Of a stretch of DNA of 64,000 nucleotides, positions 1-12,800 are shown piece by piece. Numbering within the stretch: the first letter of the stretch is position 1; each line of letters starts with the position of its first letter. The notes beneath the pieces were generated by a model. That model ran no database searches and was not told the origin of the DNA. It was given only the letters and a program-made list of their open reading frames with translations. Source of the DNA: Lytechinus pictus (Eukaryota); assembly GCF_037042905.1 (NCBI RefSeq), contig NC_087248.1, positions 17,918,001 through 17,982,000 of the forward strand, in the 5' to 3' direction. A program made the position numbers and the translations under genes.

Positions 1-1012
1 GCTATAGATGCAACGAGCCTAATTCCAAAAGGGAGGCAAAAAATATTAATTCGACCAACACATTCCCCAAATTTTAATTTGATATAGAAGATTGACGATA
101 GTGTTTGCATATGATTAGCTATGTAACACTGATTCTATGAAGGCTGGGCAACAACTGAACTTCTTTTTCCCCAATGGGAAATTTACTTAACTTTTGGAAC
201 TCTTTGACTGGCGGAAGAATTTGGGCTGTTTTACTGTTTCAAGTGATGATTTTGTTCCCGTCAAGAGATGTCTTCATAAATGCAGATTTATTTTTAAAAT
301 GAAAAGGGTGTGGGACCCTTTTCAGGTCAATTGTGGAATACCAGATATATATCCTATCCGCCGGTAGTAAACAATCGACCCTCTAATTTCATCCTTAGTT
401 TTTTCAATGATTTTTTTTAACAGTTCCATTTTCACACACGAGTCTATGGGATATATTTTACGCGCGCGTGAAACCTATACTCAACCACGCCATCTCTCGG
501 TAGATATGTTAACTAAGCAAGTAAATAAAGAATGACAAAAATACCCAATATACATAATTATCTTGCTTATTTTGTATTTTCTCCTTTCTTTTTATTTTAA
601 AATATATTTATTGTCTACTTATCGTTATAAAAATACATTGTTGGAAATAGAAATAGAGATAGAAAAACGAATACCCGAACCCTAAAATTAAAATTACTTT
701 ATCGATGAGTTACATGCAGAAATGGCACCATGAGAATCAGCACAGGTGTAACTAAATTATTATGTTCGATAAAAAAACTAAATTTTCTGGAAATTCCGTT
801 ACCATGGTTAAACAACGGAATATCATGTATGTAAAAAAAAAAAAACATGATTGTTTGAATAGAGCAGTTCAGGTAATAGAACAATATTTTCCTCCAAATT
901 AATGGTAAAGGGAAGGGAATGTAAAAAAAAATGCACATAGAATAAAGTATTGGTAACCATGGATACATAATTAAATGTCATTCATAGATGCCCTCTTATG
1001 ATATTGACTTAC

Positions 1013-1505
1013 CGGCAAAGTAAATAACGAGACTGACGACGAGCAGGATAATGGTGACGACGAACATAGACATGCAAATTGTTAGCTCTCTTTCACGTAT
1101 CCGTTTTCCTTCAGCAGTGAGGTCGTGCCTCGTCGTGGGGAAATCGCCCGCCCGTTCGACGTCCATTCCGTTCGGTCGAGCAGGGATAGTTGGGATGGCT
1201 CCATTCATCATATCGTGACCTCGATGTTCGACCTCCGAAGACCTCTCGGACGACGTCTCGTTGTGTTCCACGGCTACGACATCGAGGACTGCTACCTCTT
1301 CTTGGTGGTCACTGACTTCAACGGGTTCATTGACATGATTGGTGTTCACATCGTCATCGTTCTCCACTTCATCTCGATCTACTCTGTCGGCTTGGACGTC
1401 GAGTTCGTAGGTCGGATTAGCGAACACTTCTTCCTCTTCCAAATGCGATGACGTATCGTTGCCGATTTCGTCCTCCAAATCGTAATCAGCATCGGGAATG
1501 TAAAC
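1013..1505 (-). CDS. Internal coding exon of a probable type II single-pass membrane protein (acidic cytoplasmic region with NPxY motif, then TM helix)
   Basis: ORF 996..1478 starts at TTG, not ATG. An in-frame acceptor (ttgtgatattag|GTT TAC ATT) at 1505 and a donor (GCC G|gtaagt) at 1013 define the exon. It encodes FANPTY, an acidic stretch, KRIRER and the hydrophobic LTICMSMFVVTIILLVVSLVIYFA. Other exons were not identified. Confidence 0.75.
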
Positions 1506-3896
1506 CTAATATCACAATGTACAGAAAAACAGAATGTCGAAAAGAAGACCTTTCGAAATAATTTTTGCAAAAAAGAAAAACAAACCCTAGTGTATTCTCG
1601 ATTCAAAGGCTTATACTTGACGTTTCAGATTCAAAATAGAGTTTCGTTTATATATATAATCTAATGTAACCATCACAGTCAAATGCAAATCTTGTAATCT
1701 TTAATGACATCAATGTCAGAATGTATCATAACAGAGATGTATAGTCAAATTATTGTAATTTTACAGAAAATTCTGTCTAGTAAGCAATTATCAAATCTGT
1801 AATTAATTAATTAATATTACCGGGAACTGTGAGTCCTCCATTTCCGAATAGTATTCACGTAAGCACAAATACACCAAATGCCTTTGCGTCTATTATCTGA
1901 TTTAATACTTAACATGGAGTCGTAAATGTTCGAACCTTTGGTATCAAACAATAATAAAAATCGTCCCAAGGCAATCCTCCAGACGTATCTTGTACGATAT
2001 AACTATGTAAAACGGTTTATGTTAGTTGCTCTATTTCATGGACAATTTTGCCATTTTCGATTTTTTTTTTTGTTTGTTTGTTTGTTTGTTGGTTTGTCTG
2101 TTTGATTGTTGTTTTTTTTTTTTTTTTTTTTTTTTGGAGGGGGGGGGGGTAACTCAGCTATACACACGGGTGACGATCAGCTTTACATATATTTGTATGC
2201 CCCTGTCCATGCTTCCTTTGTTATACATTATTCAGCTGTCCATCTATCGGAATCTATCCTGGTCAACAATAATTCATGATAATTTTTGAATGATTGAAGC
2301 GTTTTGAATGATTTTTTTCTTCAACTCCTGCTTGTGCTGGGCCAATATCTTCGATGACAGTATTACAAATAAACTGATCAAGAGTAAAAAGTCCAGTCAG
2401 TACGAGGTTTCCATGCAGCCCGTTGCACGTTTTATATACCTGTAACTTATGGCTGCATGTCTTGAATTTTATATCCGATTTTATGATGTTCATGAAAATA
2501 TGTTATAGTCTAAATTCAATAAATGGCTTGACGTAAAACTTTTGTGAAGTAAACAATATATTGAGATATGGAATGGAATAATATTTACTGAGATATTAAC
2601 AGTAAAACTATATATATATATATAGGCAAGATGATAAGAATAAAATTCTTCTGAAACTGTAAGCCGTTGTCATTTTCTTATGAATATTTCTTAGGGAATA
2701 ATATTTACTCGGCAGTCACCAGCAAGATTTTATGTATTACCAGGACATAATAGTCTCTTCTACAAACCTTAAAAAACGACAAGTTTCGTTTAAACTGTGA
2801 CGTAATAGGCTTATTAAAACAGATAGGAGGATGTGTCACAGGGCGAGATGCTGCTAAAATACCAGTGTAAAGATGGGGGACTTGCGGGCATGCCCCGCCC
2901 AAAAAAAATACGACCCCCCCTCAAAAAAAGGGGGGAAATTTCGGAAGACAAAATGAAAGAAAAGAAAGATGAGTTATTTTCTGAATATTATGTCAAATAT
3001 CTATCACAAAATTAGATTTTCGTTTTAAAAATCAAACAATTGTTGCTCACTCGCTTCGCTTTCTCGGGACTTCAAAAATAATTTGCCACGCGCGCCATCT
3101 TGTACCCCTCAATCTCTTTATGGCTAATTTCGATATTTGTTACCATTTAGATGGCGAGAAAACACGACAAACAAGTAAAAAGGTGAACATTTTCAAAATC
3201 TGAATAAATTATTTAGCAAGAAATGTATCCATACAGTGCCTCACTCAACCCGGGTGAGGGATAAACCAGGCAGGAATACCAGTTTCATTTAAGCTGCATT
3301 TATTTACGGTAGAGCGCTTCAGCAGTAATTGATTAAGTGCTATTAACAAGATAATGTGCCCTAATAGTGTACAACCAGCCGTTAATTAATTTAGTTGTTG
3401 CTACAGGATAAAGACTTGTATTCTTACTGCACTGTGCAATCTTACATTCATTTGGTAATATTTCAGAAAACTGGTATTTGGTGAATGAAACTTTAGGAAT
3501 TTCCTGAAATAAAACTGTATTTTCTTTTTTTTATATAATAGACCTGTTCTGTTGAATTTCAGAAAAGGTCCTGTTTTAGCGACTTACAGAATGATTCTGT
3601 TATTACTTTCTGTAAAACTCTGGGTTTTTATAATCTGTTTTATTTAACAGAGCAGCGTCGATTTTATACTTGATTTTATACCAATTACCTTTTTTTCACT
3701 CCGAACCTGCATTGATATGCATATAAATATGAATTGAAATATATACAATTAAGGACAGTAGATATCAATCAATGAGCCAAACAACTGAGTGGGTGCGCCA
3801 TCTCGTGACAGCTGATTAAAAGAACGAAGAAGAGCATATCCACAGTTTATATTAATCCAAGAACCAACGAGAAAATCCTTCAAAAGCAGTCAACGT

Positions 3897-4027
3897 NNNN
3901 NNNNNNNNNNNNNNNNNNNNNNNNNNNNNNNNNNNNNNNNNNNNNNNNNNNNNNNNNNNNNNNNNNNNNNNNNNNNNNNNNNNNNNNNNNNNNNNNNNNN
4001 NNNNNNNNNNNNNNNNNNNNNNNNNNN
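3897..4027. other. Assembly gap (N run)
   Basis: Run of N. Confidence 1.
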
Positions 4028-4302
4028 TAATTACACTCTTGATTACAATATGGTGTTGATCAATCTATTCTGGTGTTAGAGGTTTGACCAAAAGGGGAGT
4101 TTGATATAAGTTAAATAATACTCTTTAAGTTAAACGGATAGGCCCATGACATTTTACGCAACCAAGCCGTACCTCTCGGGGCCGAAGAAAATTTTTGAAA
4201 GTAGGGGGGGGGGGGGGCTAACTATGCAACAAAAAAATCACAATTTTTTTTGCCCACGTTTATTGAAAGAAAAGTGGGAGGGAGGGAGATATGAGTATAC
4301 CC

Positions 4303-4913
4303 TGAATGGACAAGTACACTCCAACAAAAACTTTACTAGAATAAAAAGAGAGAAGTCCAACAAGCATAACAATAAAAACATTCTCAAAATCGGATGGAAA
4401 ATAAGGAAGTTATGACATTTTAAAGTTTCGCTTACTAGTAATTTTCACAAATGATTTATATGCACATCCTGGTCTGTATGTAAATGGTGGGATTGATGAC
4501 ATCGCCCACTCACTATTTCTTTTGAATTTCATGATACGAAATAGTGTAATTTTCTCCTAATTGCCATGCGAAGCAAGCTTTATTCCTCCATGTACATGTG
4601 GAATTACCATTGTTTTAACATTCCGTGGTTCATTCAAGTTGGTCATTATTGTGAAATCTGTAGAAATTGAAATACTGTATAATTCAAACAGTGAAGAAAA
4701 AAGGGAAATGGTGAGTGAGGGATATCATTGACTCTCTTATTTGAATATTAGTAAGTTGTGCTCATAACCGTTTTGTCCAATTATAATAAATATAAAATGT
4801 CACTTCTTTCTTATTTCACAACCGAACTTGCTGAAATGTTCAGCTTTGTGCTTGTTTAATTTCAACCAATTGAGTCATATCGATATTTTTTCTGGGATGG
4901 ATTTGACCTTTAA
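4303..4913. mobile_element. Degenerate TTAA-type (Kolobok/T2-like) MITE, same family as 14715-15306
   Basis: Right end ...gatggatttgacctttaa. Shares blocks (aacaagcataac, aaaatcggatg, gttatgacatttt, cacatcctggtc) with 14715-15306. Confidence 0.75.
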
Positions 4914-5482
4914 TTTAGAAGATATGTCGATTATGATTTTGTTTCACATTGTTATTCTACCTGACACGCGGAAGTTGTTTGGCAGTGATCTTAGTATGCC
5001 ACATACCGACATGTACGAATGATGGGTGTGTATCCTTTTTATTCATTATCCTACCGAGTAAAGGGAGAAAAAACAGCAGTAGTTTCTTCTAAACCCTCTT
5101 TTCATTGTATCCTCGATTGTCCTCTGCTTGGCCGCACTGTACACACATGAGATGCATTTGTCAATTTGAAGAGAGAGAGAGAGATATTTCGTCACGAAAA
5201 GACGCAACCATTCCTAACTCGGGATCCCTTCCCTCGTCTTTAGCAAGTGGAAGGATATCGATTGGCTTTGATGGCGGAAGATGTGAAATTTTACGCTTGA
5301 CTATAAGTCAGTATAATATTCTATCAGTATACCAAGGACGACTGTAGTATGTATGCATGCATAAAGTCTTGCATTTAGTAGAGTGGTAGATAGATTGAAA
5401 ACTCGAGGAAAACCTGGTCACTCAGTGCGCTCAGCTATTGCTTCAGCGGAAGAGAGTTCGAATGCACCCCTCATATCGAATG

Positions 5483-5774
5483 GTATGTTCTTATTCAAAA
5501 GTTCGATGAGCAAGAGTGATTTTTGACAAGGACCGCACCCCGGTGTCTTTTATTTCCCCTTTCTTTAACCCGCCTCTCATTCCGATGGAGGGAACGTGTT
5601 TGGTTATTCATTCTTAAGTAAACAGTAGAAAAAAAGAAAATACCTTGCTTTTTTCTTATGGAGTCAACCTGCATTTCCTATGCAATTGCATAGACACAGA
5701 ATAACTCCCATTTGTTTTTAAATCGCATTTGATTAAGCATTCATCCATGGACAATGACTAGTTTTCGTATACAG
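5483..5774 (+). other. Possible 5'UTR intron of IgSF receptor 1
   Basis: Donor aatg|gtatgt and acceptor ttttcgtatacag| upstream of the ATG; no transcript evidence. Confidence 0.35.
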
Positions 5775-5905
5775 CGACAGACAAGCCCGTCTTTAGTGAT
5801 ACTTTATGACCTATTAATATCAGAAGCCGCATCAGCTTCAGAGGCTTTTTGAACCCGTGGCGCTAGTATTGGTTTTGGCGACATAGCGAAAGTTGGAAAG
5901 TTAAA

Positions 5906-7453
5906 ATGGCGCCTCGCTTTGGATCACTGTGCTATATTGTAGTTTTGATAGAGCTGTGTCTCGTTCATCACAGTCTCCAGCAGATCAATCCGATTGTAAT
6001 GGGGCCTGTGGACACCGAAGCCGCAGAAGGGACAGATGCAGTCTTCTACTGTAAGGTGCGAACAGGCCAGGGACTCATCGTCTACTGGATCGTTGACCGG
6101 TCCATCGCGGTAGGACCAAACGTGAACAGGAACAAAGCACTGCCGAAGTACGAGATATTCGGGAACCCCTCAAACGGATACTACAACCTGAGGATTAAAA
6201 ACGTCACGCTCGACGACGCTTTCCAGTACGATTGCCTGGTCGATGCTCAAGGTGGGGGATCGAACTTCGAAGCGGGGGCGACGTTGAGCGTCGTCAATCC
6301 AGCCGAAGCGCCAGCGGGCCCGTCATGTCTAGATACAACTGCTAATGAGATCGTGTTGGATGAGGGAGACGAGCTCGGAAACTACCGATGTCGGTCTAGT
6401 GGGGGTCGGCCTCTTGGGGAATTGAAATGGAGCTTGCTCCGCTCGGATCAAACCCTTGTTGATGTGAATTTTGATACGCAGGTGGACTCGTCGCCCTCAA
6501 TAACGGCGACGTCGAGCTCGTACACGATGACAGCGGCAGATCACGAGTCCCAGTTGGCGTGTTCGCTCACGCATCCGAGCCTCAACTCAGATGCTACATG
6601 TACTGTCCCATCGGGCTCGACGAAGCTCATCGTAAGGCACTTCCCCATCATCGACTTCGGTCCTCGTCTTGACGTCCACTACCTTGAGACTAAGAACGTT
6701 ACGATCAGGTGCACAGCTACCGCTTACCCTGGCTTAATCTCCAACGTCCCCGAGCTCACCTTCTCCGATCGTAGCATGCTTCTTGAAACAACACTCGTGG
6801 AGGAAGGGGCCATTGAAGCCGTCATTCGGATCTCCCAACGTTCCGACGTCGGCAAAAGCATCAACTGCTCCGCCACAAATGCGATGGGGACCACGACTAC
6901 GACGCTCGAGATCGAACTCACTCCCGTTCTCCCAGTCTGGCTTCTGGTGGTTCTTATGATCATAGCCTGTCTTATAGTTCTGCTGCTGTCCCTCTGCTGT
7001 TGCTACTGTTTCTGCAACGGCTGCAAACCAAAGCCAGCCGATGACCAACCTGACCTCGGCGACTTCAAGGCTGCCGGGTACGACGTCAGCGAATCTCGAT
7101 CAGCATCCGTGTTCCAGCCCAACGGTTTGAACGGCACCGACCTGCGTCCCATCAACAACGACGGCGACAGTTTCGATGATATGCCCTTGAACGATTACAC
7201 GGAGTATCCCCCGCCTCCTCCCGTCTCCGACACCACCACCGGGTTCAATGACCACGAAACCGGCGAGGTCAATGATGGTTACCTGTCACCGGATGCTGAA
7301 GACAGGTTTCCTCCTATGATCGAGGACGAGCATCTGATGGGTGAAAAGAGGATATCATCCTTCAAACCTGATGACATGAATCTGGCCCCATCTCCTCTGC
7401 CGTCTCTCGATCTAGCTCCGCCTAAACCTATACCAATCGTCGAAGACGAATGA
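5906..7453 (+). CDS. IgSF single-pass receptor 1 (signal peptide, V-type Ig, C2-like Ig, third Ig, TM, Cys-rich juxtamembrane, Pro/Tyr/acidic tail); Kirrel/nectin/CADM-like architecture; intronless CDS
   Basis: 515-aa ORF with good start context (aaaATGG) and a hydrophobic N-terminus. Ig motifs: FYC..YW..YNLRIKNVTLDDAFQYDC; YRC.SSGGRP...LKW..LAC; IRC..INCSATNAMG. TM VLPVWLLVVLMIIACLIVLLLSL is followed by CCCYCFCNGC. Confidence 0.93.
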   Translation: MAPRFGSLCYIVVLIELCLVHHSLQQINPIVMGPVDTEAAEGTDAVFYCKVRTGQGLIVYWIVDRSIAVGPNVNRNKALPKYEIFGNPSNGYYNLRIKNVTLDDAFQYDCLVDAQGGGSNFEAGATLSVVNPAEAPAGPSCLDTTANEIVLDEGDELGNYRCRSSGGRPLGELKWSLLRSDQTLVDVNFDTQVDSSPSITATSSSYTMTAADHESQLACSLTHPSLNSDATCTVPSGSTKLIVRHFPIIDFGPRLDVHYLETKNVTIRCTATAYPGLISNVPELTFSDRSMLLETTLVEEGAIEAVIRISQRSDVGKSINCSATNAMGTTTTTLEIELTPVLPVWLLVVLMIIACLIVLLLSLCCCYCFCNGCKPKPADDQPDLGDFKAAGYDVSESRSASVFQPNGLNGTDLRPINNDGDSFDDMPLNDYTEYPPPPPVSDTTTGFNDHETGEVNDGYLSPDAEDRFPPMIEDEHLMGEKRISSFKPDDMNLAPSPLPSLDLAPPKPIPIVEDE

Positions 7454-9709
7454 TGTCACAATGCTACTTTGTCATTTTGGAGTTCTTCACTCCTTAACAT
7501 TGTTTTTTTATGATTTTGGATAAACCAACAAATACTGGTTTTGTTAAGACGATTCTTTGAGTGTCCAATCAACAATAATTCTATGTAAAATCAAAATATA
7601 TATTCTATTGATGCGTTACACGAAAGTTGTTTAATAACAATGTAAAAATGCATTAATTAGCAGTTGATTTAGTCTCGGATATAACATTTTGTCGTCTCCC
7701 CATATTATCTTATTTTGAAGTTCAATTTCAATTATGCAGCAATAGAATTTCGTCATCACAGTTGATTGATCATTGTATTGATTGCAATTAGGAGATATTT
7801 GCATGATTGTTTTCCTTTCAAACTCAAAACAATACAAAGAATGTTTGTATAGTGTACACGGTCCCGCGTGGTTGTAGCATTGGCCTAGATTCTCACCAAG
7901 CAAAATTCACATTCACCTAATGTTTCATAATGAGGGGGAGGGGGCGTCAGCCGTTAGGTATAAATTCCAGAGAACTGATTACTCAAAAGTGCAACAACTA
8001 ACGCACTTTTTTTCCCTTCCGTTTGAGGTCCTCTTTCACTTTTATCTTGTCTTTCATTGTTATATTTTAGTACCTAATGTTTAAATGCCTTACGAACATT
8101 TAGGATTTTATCCACCATATAGGTATAATGTAATCATATCTCTTTAATGGGAAAATGATTACGCGTTATTGTTATCAACAAGGTTGAAGAGAAAAATGAA
8201 ATGTAACAGAGCGAGACAACACGCAAATATCAAAATGTTTCTCTGTCAAAAGAAGACATGTTAGGTTGAATCAGACTGAATTACATGGCAAAAGACTCGG
8301 TTGAACGAAATTAAATTCCCAAACCCTGTTTTTTTTTAGACAGTATTGCCGAAACGTTAAAAGAAAACAAGATTTAGGGTTGTTAAGATTTTTTGTAGTT
8401 ATCGGAAGAAAAATTATATCCGGGTACGATTCAACTACAATTAATTTCGTTCCAAATGCTTCAATCTGATTAATCACAGACATCAGATACGCAGCTCGAT
8501 CAACCCGATTTTCTGGGGGTGTTTTTCTTCAACTTTGTCTAGATTGATTCTTGTTTAGTCATGTTTCATAAAGGCAGCTTGTCTTTAAAAACATCATGTG
8601 TATTGATGTTTCTGCAAAGAATATATATCATCGATGTATAAATATCAAATTGTGAGAAGTCGTTTTTTTTTTCATTACCACTACTCACAACACGTACGTA
8701 TTATGTATGCCTATATCCCATACTACGCACCTTGAATGGTGAAAAAATGTACTGTTGTCAAGACATCAAAGATGCGTTGCCATATTAAATGTATTCATTA
8801 CGTAACCAACCCAGAAAGAATGATCGAATCATAAAAAGCTAATTTATAATCTGTCACGTGGCTGTGGGGCTTTGATCTATCTTTTTTTACAGCAAGCACG
8901 TGTCACAATGGTGATAGTAGTTTTGGAAAGTGTTGATGAATCCCATTGGAGCATTTTCATGAAATAAATAGTCGGTCATTTATGACAGCGGTTATAAGCT
9001 ACTGAAATCCTTGCATCTGATTGGCTCAGAACAAATTTGTCAGTAAAAACTAATGACTTGGCTTGAAGAAACACTTCAATGGTCTCCTTCAAGACATTGC
9101 ATTTTAGCATTGAATGCTTTACAAATAAAATAACACAGTACATCATTCATTTTCTATAGAAAAAAATTGTATCAATACTCGTTGAGTAATATTGACAATC
9201 AGATATGGTATACGGTATGAAATATGCTTTTTGAAATATATGTATATGAATTTTATTTGATTTATATTTTCTTAAAGATTTACTGTTATCTACGATGATA
9301 AAGCAGTAAGATAACCACGAGGTAAAAAGGCATAGTAAATAATTATCGTGATTTTTAGATAGCAGTGAGAGACAACAATTTCAGCACCAGAATTTTCTTT
9401 TATTTTCGTTGTGTTTTGTAGATAAAATTTATATGCTTGAATTAAGCATTCTGTATATTTCAACGTGTTTTATTAATGTGTTAATTCTCAAATTTATGCT
9501 TCAAAATTGCAATATTGATGTTTGTAATATTTTGAGTATACATTATGTTCATATTTTCAAAGTGGCCTTACAAGAAATTATTCATTAAATGTCGTAAATG
9601 TTTGGTCCAGAAGAAATGTTTGTCTTTTATTTGTTGTGGTTTTTAGGTGTCAATTTGTTAAATCACGTTCCTGATGATTAGCGAGTCAAGACGACAAAAC
9701 AAATATGGC

Positions 9710-10335
9710 AGTGGTGTTAGGGGTGGTGGTGATGGGAGTGGTGATGATGATCAGGATGACAACGGTAATGATGATGATGATGACTCTAGTGAGAATAATA
9801 GCGGAGACGATGTAAATAATTATGGTTACGACGGCAATGATGGTGAGAATGATAAAGACGATAATAATGATGATGATCTGATGATGATGATTATAATGAT
9901 GAAGATGGTGGTGGTGGTGGTGATGATGATGACGATGGCGATGATAGTGAGAGTGATGACTTTTTTTATTGATAAGGGTTATGATGGTGAGATTGATAAC
10001 GGTAATGATGAGACGATGATGATGGTAGTGATGATGATGACAAAGATGATGATGACGATGATGATGATGATGATGACGATGATGATGATGATGATGACGA
10101 TGATGGTGATGATGATGATGATTATAGTGAGAATGATGATGATGAGGAGGAGGATAGTGAGGATGATCGTGAAAAGGATCTTGATCATAAAAAGATAATG
10201 GTGATGATGATCATATTGAAAATGATGACGATGTTGATGATTATGATGGTGGTGGTGATGATGATGGTGGTCATGATCATAATGAGAATGGTAATGATGA
10301 GGATGAATATGATGATAACGATAATTACTATGGTT
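9710..10335 (+). repeat. Degenerate (GAT/GGT/GAC)n trinucleotide microsatellite
   Basis: Visible GAT repeats; the source of the spurious poly-D/M/I ORFs. Confidence 0.95.
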
Positions 10336-11086
10336 CTCGATATCCGATCTGAATCAACTGGCAATGAAAATGTTGGGGATGGACGTATGAAACTAAATTT
10401 AATATGAAGTGAATGATATCAACTATTGAAAAAAATTCAGAAAAATAAACATTTCATATTTCGTTCCTTAAAACAAAAGTTCCATAATTATGACGTGTGA
10501 TTACATATGCAATACACGAGCATTTAGACTCGTATCAATTACGAGGTCGCGACTTTTCCCTCTAAATTACTTATTTTTTTCTCCCTTGCTCTGCTCACTC
10601 GTAAAATCTAAAACAAGGTGGTTTGGGAAAGCAAGTGGTGTCCCCCAAAATATAAGACGAAATAACGCCCATGCGTGAACTTTGTTACATTGTTTTAAAC
10701 TGATTACAGTTTTGCAAGTCTGGAATAAAGTTTATTTCCGTAGATATTCATCCGTCTTATTCTGGCTTGTTTGAGGAATCTTATAAATTGTTTTTGACTA
10801 TGAACGAAATATTACTTCTCACCGATTCTCTCTTAAACATTAAAACCACTGTTGTTTATATTTACATATGGGTGGCTTGGACCTTCTACACTAGTGGAAT
10901 TCACTGTCTATGTAGATTTATTCAAGGTGGTTTACTCAGTCTATATTGACTAATTACAGAATAGGCCTACACCGTGGTTTGGGGGTAAGCATTGTGCAGT
11001 CCATAGAGGTGGATAAAATAAGCTCAACCTCTATGGTTCAGTCATACAAAAGAACTTGGAAGGTCTTCCATCAAGTTGGTTTTAAT

Positions 11087-11386
11087 GGCCCGTATTCTGA
11101 GCTCTGGTTTAACATAAACCGTAGTCTAAAGTTGTGGTTTAACTATGGAAAGCCAAATGTGACATCAACTTCTATACTTAGATGATCAATATATCATCAC
11201 ATTTGGCATTCAAATCGTAAAAAAAAATGAAATGATAATTACAAAAGACCTCTTCACCATTAAACCATGCAGTAAACACATTAAGAATTCAATTTTAAGC
11301 ATTTCTGACACTCATAGCTTCCCATAATTTTAAACCAGACTTTATAGTTTATGGTTTCAATTAAACCAGAGTTAAGAATATGGGCC
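11087..11386. mobile_element. MITE with GGCCC(G/A)TATTCT terminal inverted repeats
   Basis: ggcccgtattctgagctctggtttaa ... ttaaaccagagttaagaatatgggcc. Confidence 0.75.
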
Positions 11387-12399
11387 AATGAGAGCAGAAA
11401 CATTGAGATCAACAATGAAAGAAAGAAAGTATACGTAAGCGATGATAAAATCAAGAAACAGTCATTGATAATTATGAATAGGAAACGTTAAGTAGACGCG
11501 TCTTTAGGTCACGTTTAAATGTGTCTACGGCTCGACGGATCGTTTGGAACATGGGGAACTACTTATGCAGGAGTCTGACTGCGGCATTGGATATTACAGA
11601 GTTTTTTGCATTGCGATGGTGCCTAATTCTGCAACATAGAAAATCTATTGAAAATGCCCGTCAAATCCCAATGAACAGCTGAGAGGTCTTTGTCGCAAAT
11701 TCATGAACCGGCACAGTTGAGTGATCGTCGTAAGACTCTGGGTTGACGAAAAATTGCAAATATGTCTTTTGTCCAGATTCCAGGACAAAACTGCTGCAGA
11801 TTTACCAATTTTATGACAAAGACTGCTTTGTTATGAAGGGTTTGAGAATATATTTTCTAAGTTGTAGAATCCGTTACCGTCCCGATTGCAAAAAACCCTA
11901 GTTATTTTTAGGCGTACAGGCATGCCTGCCTGCCTTTATGTTGAGAGCTCTTTTTTTTATCAATGTTTACCAGAGATTGGTAAATTTGTGTTTAGTCAGG
12001 GGCGTTGTACATTGGTGAGAGTCAGGGTCATTCACAAACAAAAAGGTGTGACGAACAATGAAGAATAGAAAAATCACTGTGTGTGTGTGATACGATGGGA
12101 AATATGTATTTAGTAGGACAAGGAATGTAGCAGTCTGTTAAAGGGTTGCTAAAGGTATGGTGTTTTTTGTTTTGGTATGATGTTAAAAGTTAGTGCAGAG
12201 AGATTGTACCCCCCCCCCCCACACACACACATACCAAAAGAGATTGGGGTGCCCTGTATGAATGCATTAGCGTAATGGGCCCAAAAAGTTGAGATGCACA
12301 AATGACGTATGTAAAAAAAAAAGTTTTTCAAATCTTTAAAATCCCAAGCGAGCGATCAATATTGACCCTTTGAAAAAAAATTTACAATGCATTTTATTG

Positions 12400-12800
12400 A
12401 ATGCGAATCTGATTAATACCGTTTTAGAAAGAATCAGTCCACAGACTTAGCGCGTATAAATATTTAAGGCAAAATTACGAAAGCGATGGCTAATAAAGAA
12501 CATATTGTTGGAATATTTGTGGACCTGAACAAAGCTTTCGATACTTTTAATCACAAAATATTACTTCATAAACAACATATAAATATTCGGAAACGCATGC
12601 ACACCGCTGGTCAGAAGATTATTTATCACACACACATACAACAATGGGATAGATTCACCCTTTAAAATTGTCCGATGGGTAGTACCCCAGGGGTCAATTT
12701 TGGGGCCGCTCCTTTTCTTATCATATGTCAATAATATATCATATACCTCGCCCCTATCTTTTATCCTCTTTGCAAATGATACAAATATTTTTGTTTTATT
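12400..12800 (+). mobile_element. Decayed CR1/L2-type LINE reverse transcriptase fragment
   Basis: Frameshifted RT motifs: FRKNQST, IFVDLNKAFDT, VPQGSILGPLLFL, FANDTN (degenerate FADDT). Confidence 0.85.

Noticed and set aside
9674-10407. Poly-Asp/Met/Ile ORFs (also 23533-24597, 28232-28945, 32538-32877)
   Set aside because: These are translations of GAT/CTT microsatellites and N runs, with no splice or domain support.
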